DNA from: Mayamaea pseudoterrestris
Lineage: Eukaryota
DNA: 51,383 bases
Reading direction: 5' to 3'
NCBI GenBank assembly: GCA_027923505.1
Contig: BROI01000016.1
Span: 682,001-733,383 of the forward strand
Under the pieces are notes generated by a model. That model saw only the letters and a program-made list of their open reading frames with translations. It was not told where the DNA came from and ran no database searches. Shown here in pieces: positions 46,573 through 51,383 of the stretch (position 1 is the stretch's first letter; each line of letters begins with the position of its first letter). The position numbers and the translations under genes are program-made.

Positions 46573-49500
46573 CTCATTGGGGTCGACAATTGTAACGAGG
46601 AGGGAAGTCAAGAGCCGGGGGACAAGGACAATAAGGAAGTAAGAGAGCAAAACATGCTTGATATAGAGAAATCTCTAGAGCAAGTTGCACTTTACTCGCC
46701 TGTTGTTGGACTCTTGAATTCTAGTCGTACATTTGGACCGAGTCAGAAATTCATCAAAGCGTTCTCCACGGAGAGAACAGTAGCGCGCGCGGCATCTGAG
46801 AGGCCTTCGGAAGGACAAGCTTTTCCAATTGAGTTGGATTCGCACGCCGACACATGTTGCTTTGCAAGGGCGCATGTGAGCATACTTGCCGAAAGGGATC
46901 AGACAGTCACCGTGACGCCGTTCCTGGAAGGAATGGGAAGGATCAAGAACGTCAGAGTCTGCGATGTACTCGTGGCGTATGATCATCCGATTGATCTGAA
47001 GACGTTTTGTCTGCGATTTAATCAAGTACTTGTGTTCGATGCCTTAACGTCGCATCTGCTCAGCCCGAACCAAATGCGCTTGAATGACATCGAAGTTAAC
47101 GAATGTCCAAGGCACTTGAGCAGCAAGCGAGACAAGGATACACATACGATCAAAGTACCGGACGAAGATTTGACGATTCCACTCTACGTTCATGGAGTAA
47201 TCAGTCAGTTTCACGTTCGGAAGCCGACGGAGGATGATAAGGAAGAGTGTCCCTGGATTGACATGACCTACGAGAATCCACCGTACGATCCATACGACAA
47301 GAGCATGGCGGATCGTGAAGCAGCCCTTATCGGAATCGAATATCCTGGCGCCAACATTGACAATTTCGATCGTAATGTTGCGGCAGCCTTGACAGCGGAG
47401 TTTGCCAATGCACCACACTGGCTTACTGATCAAGATGTGTTGGAAGAGGATCTACTGGCTCAAGAGACCTTTACACATGAGGATATGATAAGGATCCAGT
47501 CTGCAGTTCGAACCAGGAAAAGAGAAGGAGTTGTGACAGCCGAGAAACTCCAGCAGAGGTGGAACATTGGCCTGGAGACGGCACGGAATACTCTCAAGGT
47601 TGTCACGCAGAAGGGCGTTCGTCGCTTCGCTGGCGATAGACCTTTGAAGAGGATGTGGTCGCGCGCGGAAGCGCTGCGCTTCCGGCAGTTAAACTGCGAG
47701 ATGTTCACCGATACAATGCAGGGTCCTTGCAAATCAAGGAAAGGCTACAAGTACCTTCAAGTCTACACGACAGACGCCAGCTTCACAACAGTATACCCCA
47801 TGAAAAAGAAGAGCGAAGCCCCGGAGACACTGGACTTATTACACAGGGAATTTGGTGTACCAAGTGTTCTGGTGCCGGACAACGCTCCAGAGCTTGTTGC
47901 AGGCGACTTTTTAAAGAAGGCTCGCGCTGCAGGCTCACATATCCACTCGATTGAACCCTACACACCCAACCATCAGCGTGCAGAATCCACCAACAATGTG
48001 CTAAAGCAAATGTACAGGCGGGCTATGCGCAAGTCAAACTCGCCGGCGGTATTTTGGGCTGATTGCTTTGTGCTGCAAGCTGCTATTTACAGTCGCATTG
48101 CGCATGACAGAGTAGTACTCGATGGAGACACTCCGTATAAGCATTTAATGGGAGACTCGGCTGATATTTCGCATCTGGCAGAATTCAGCTGGTATGAGTA
48201 TGTGTGGTTCTGGAATCAAGATGGAGACGATAATTACGCTCTGGGGAGATACTTGGGGCCATCTCGCGACGTTGGTCAGGCCATGACGTCGCAGATCCTC
48301 ACTGAGAAAGGCACGGTTGTGCATCGCTCGTCGACATTTCCATTGTCGGACGAAGACCTTCGTAGCGAACCGCTGAAGGCCCGGATGAAAGCCTTTGATG
48401 AAGCAATCCAGGAGCGATATGGAGCTGGATATAATGATGATCCACAGCTTGTGGAAACGCCAGAATATCCTGAGTTTGAACCTCCTACCTACGAGCCCTA
48501 CGAGGATGAGGAAAGGAAAGAGGAAGAGGTTCCGGATGCAGATGACATTGATCACGATACAGTTGACAAGTATCTGACGACGGAAGTGCTCTTACCTGAC
48601 GGCAACAGTACGGCGATTGGCACCGTGGTTGGCCGCAAAAGAGACGTTCACGGTAACCCCGTGGGACGGTCAAACATTAATCCACTCCTTGATACGGCAA
48701 TCTACAGTGTCGCTTTCCCGGATGGGCGAATCAAGGAGTACTCTGCTAACGTAATTGCAGAGCACATCTACTCCAGTGTCGATGACGCAGGGCACAGACA
48801 CATGCACCTGAGGGAACTCATTGATCACAAGAGTGATGCTACAGCAGTCTCGCAAGAAGACAAGTACGTTCGCAACACAGACGGCAGTCTCTTCCAAGGC
48901 CGAGAGCAGCTGCGCAAAACAACCAAGGGTTGGTGGCTATTGGTCAAATGGAGTGATGAGACTGAGTCGTGGGAGCGATTGGCTGACCTGAAGGAATCAT
49001 TTCCAATCCAGGTAGCGGAGTATGCAGTTGGGAACCGCATCTCAATGGAGCCTGCTTTTGAGTGGTGGGTTCCGCAGTTTCTCAAGGACAGAGACCGGAT
49101 AATCAAACTCGTCAAGGCCAGAGTTGCCAAGAAGACGCATAAGTTTGGCGTCGAAGTACCGCGCAGTGTCAAGCACGCAATTGAAATTGACGAGGCTACC
49201 AAAACGACGTTTTGGACGGACGCTATTAATCTGGAGATGACTAATGTGAGTCCAGCGTTTAAAATCCTGGAGAAGGATGCGCCAACTCCGATTGGGCATC
49301 AACACATTCGGTGTCATATGATCTTTGATGTCAAGGGGACTCTGCAGCGCAAGGCACGGATCGTCGCAGGAGGGCACGTCACAGACACGCCTTCGGCTAT
49401 GACTTACCAGAGTGTCGTTTCGCGAGAGAGCGTCAGAATTGCGTTTCTGATCGCAGCTCTAAATGACTTGGATATCTGCTGGCAGACATTCAGAACGCCT

Positions 49501-50837
49501 ACATTACTGCTCCATGCCGCGAAAAGATCTGGACTGTTCTCGGACCAGAATTCGGCGCGCAATTACAAGGACGCAAGGCTGTTATAGTCAGGGCATTGTA
49601 CGGTTTGAAGTCGGCTGCAAGAGCTTTTGGCTCGTTTCTTGGCGGAGAAACTGCAGGACTTAGGCTGATGCCATGTCGTGGGGAGTCAGATGTGCGGATG
49701 AGGTCACGAACCAAGGAAAATGGGGAGAAGATTTGGGAGTATCTCCTGGTCTACACAGATGACCTGTTGTGCGTGGCGGTAGACCCGACAGCAGCGATTA
49801 AAGAAATTAATGAACATTTCACCCTCAAGAAGACTTCCATCGGTGAGCCTACATCATATCTTGGGAGTACCATCTCCAAGTACAGTCACGCAGCATGACC
49901 CGACGAAAAGAATACTGGGCAATGGGCTCAGAGAAAATACGTGCGAGAGGCTATCAAAGTCGTCGAGATGCACTTGGAAAAGGACAATTTAATATTGCGG
50001 AAGAATCCGACAGTTCCTTTACCACCACCAGGCTATGCACCAGAGATGGACGTCTCGCCGAGCTGGAGGACGATGAAGCAACATTCTTCATGTCGCAAGT
50101 CAGCGTACTGCGATGGGCTGTTGAGCTTGGAAGGATAGACATTGCTGTCGAAGTCTCTATGCTGGCGTCGCATATGGCTTTGCCAAGGCGAGGGCACCTG
50201 GACGCAGTGTATCACATTTTCGCATATCTAAAGAAGCATGATCGCTCTAAGATTGTCTTTGACTCGAGATACATGCAACTTGAAACTGAGAGTCACCTCA
50301 AGAATGGTCGGAATTCTATCAGGGAGCTGAAGAGAAGATTCCAACCGACATGCCCGAACCACGGGCAAGCCAGTGCAAATGATTGTTTTCGTTGATGCGA
50401 GTCATGCATGTGATAAGCTGACGAGAAGATCGCGAACGGGGGTTCTAATGTACTTGAACCGGGCACCAATCGCATGGTTATCCAAGAAGCAAAGCACTAT
50501 CGAGACGAGTAGTTTTGGATCGGAATTCACAGCTATGAAAGTCGCTGCTGAAATGATTCTTGCTCTACGGTTTAAGCTGCGCATGATGGGTATACCGCTG
50601 GATGGCGCAGCGCACGTTCGCTGTGACAATGAGGCTGTAGTGAAGAACACTTCAATTCCGGAGTCAACATTACAGAAGAAGCACAATGCGGTGAATTATC
50701 ACTTTGCGCGAGAGCGAGTAGCTGAGGGTACGATGCAGGTCTTCAAGGAGGACGGCAATACCAATCTCGCGGATATGCTCACGAAATGTCAACCTGGACC
50801 AAAGCGTCAGGAGATGGCAAGCCATGTTTTGAAGTAG
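46573..50837 (+). CDS. Pol of family C (PR, IN, chromo-like domain, RT, RH); frameshifts after about 49480
   Basis: ELDSHADT, MFTDTM / PDNAPE / QRAE, RKARIVAGGH, LVYTDDLL, FVDASHA, ETSSFGSEF, RCDN, NLADMLTK. Confidence 0.92.
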
Positions 50838-51070
50838 ACATGGAGATTACAGGGTTTGGAGGTTTTTCCCTTGATTCGATGCACTGAATCAGAAGTCACG
50901 CTAATGTACCTGCTGGCACCTTACAACCAAGTTGGACAACTTGGACCAATGAGTAAAGATTAAAGGAGACACTATTCATCGAGAGATGTGGAGCATGAAT
51001 GGCTTACAGGTGAAATTGATTGATCTCAGTAACTGCTTGAGGCGGCAGGAATGAGATGCAGATCAATTCC

Positions 51071-51077
51071 AGGGGAG
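51071..51077 (+). promoter_or_regulatory. Polypurine tract of family C
   Basis: AGGGGAG directly before the 3' LTR. Confidence 0.75.
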
Positions 51078-51285
51078 CAATTTGGGTGCGCCATAGTCGA
51101 CCGAAATATCGTGTAAGACTCAGATTGGAATATCGAGTCTGGTACACGAAGAGTCTTGCGAGCGGCAGGCTCGGATGTCGAGTAGTGTAATAGTCTCACA
51201 ATTTGGCTCGGATCTCTACGAGATCGAGTGTTGTCACACAATACAAATATACCGTATTCTCGTACACTACGACGTATATTTATTG
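51078..51285 (+). repeat. 3' LTR of family C
   Basis: Direct repeat of 43358-43565. Confidence 0.9.
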
Positions 51286-51383
51286 ATTGCATATCATACC
51301 ACCGGCAATATGCTCGCCTTCATCCTCCTCATTCAAATCCTTTGACGCGGTCACTATCTTGTGCAACGCAACTATGAAATAAG

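Larger units (their letters stand above)
43358..51285 (+). mobile_element. Near-complete Ty1/copia LTR retrotransposon, family C (CoDi-like)
   Basis: 208-bp direct repeats at both ends (one mismatch seen), gag, PR-IN-RT-RH, a PPT and a flanking ATTG duplication. Confidence 0.93.

Overview
Eukaryotic heterochromatin-like window, probably from a diatom or other stramenopile. This is inferred from CoDi-type copia motifs, a helicase-associated (HA) repeat gene and short GT-AG introns. From left to right it contains: an 11.8-kb array of a 172-bp satellite that decays toward its right edge; a truncated DIRS/Ngaro-type RT-RNase H; two head-to-head copies of one Ty1/copia family (329-bp LTRs) around a second ~169-bp satellite with a 19-bp palindrome; a second copia family; one host-like gene (HA repeats, coiled coil, protein kinase); a 42-bp minisatellite; and a near-complete third copia family. 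The best novelty candidate is a membrane-protein module inside the family B polyprotein, between the Gag zinc knuckles and the protease. It consists of an internal signal-like segment, a ~95-aa loop with two N-x-T sequons, a TM helix and a polybasic amphipathic tail, resembling an env- or FAST-like protein. Other highlights are family C, with apparently non-canonical CA...TG LTR ends, an in-frame UGA-C between gag and pol and extra leader ORFs, and a half-tRNA-Asn-like primer site in family A. Many frameshifts look like long-read consensus indels, so pseudogene calls are provisional. No database searches were run.
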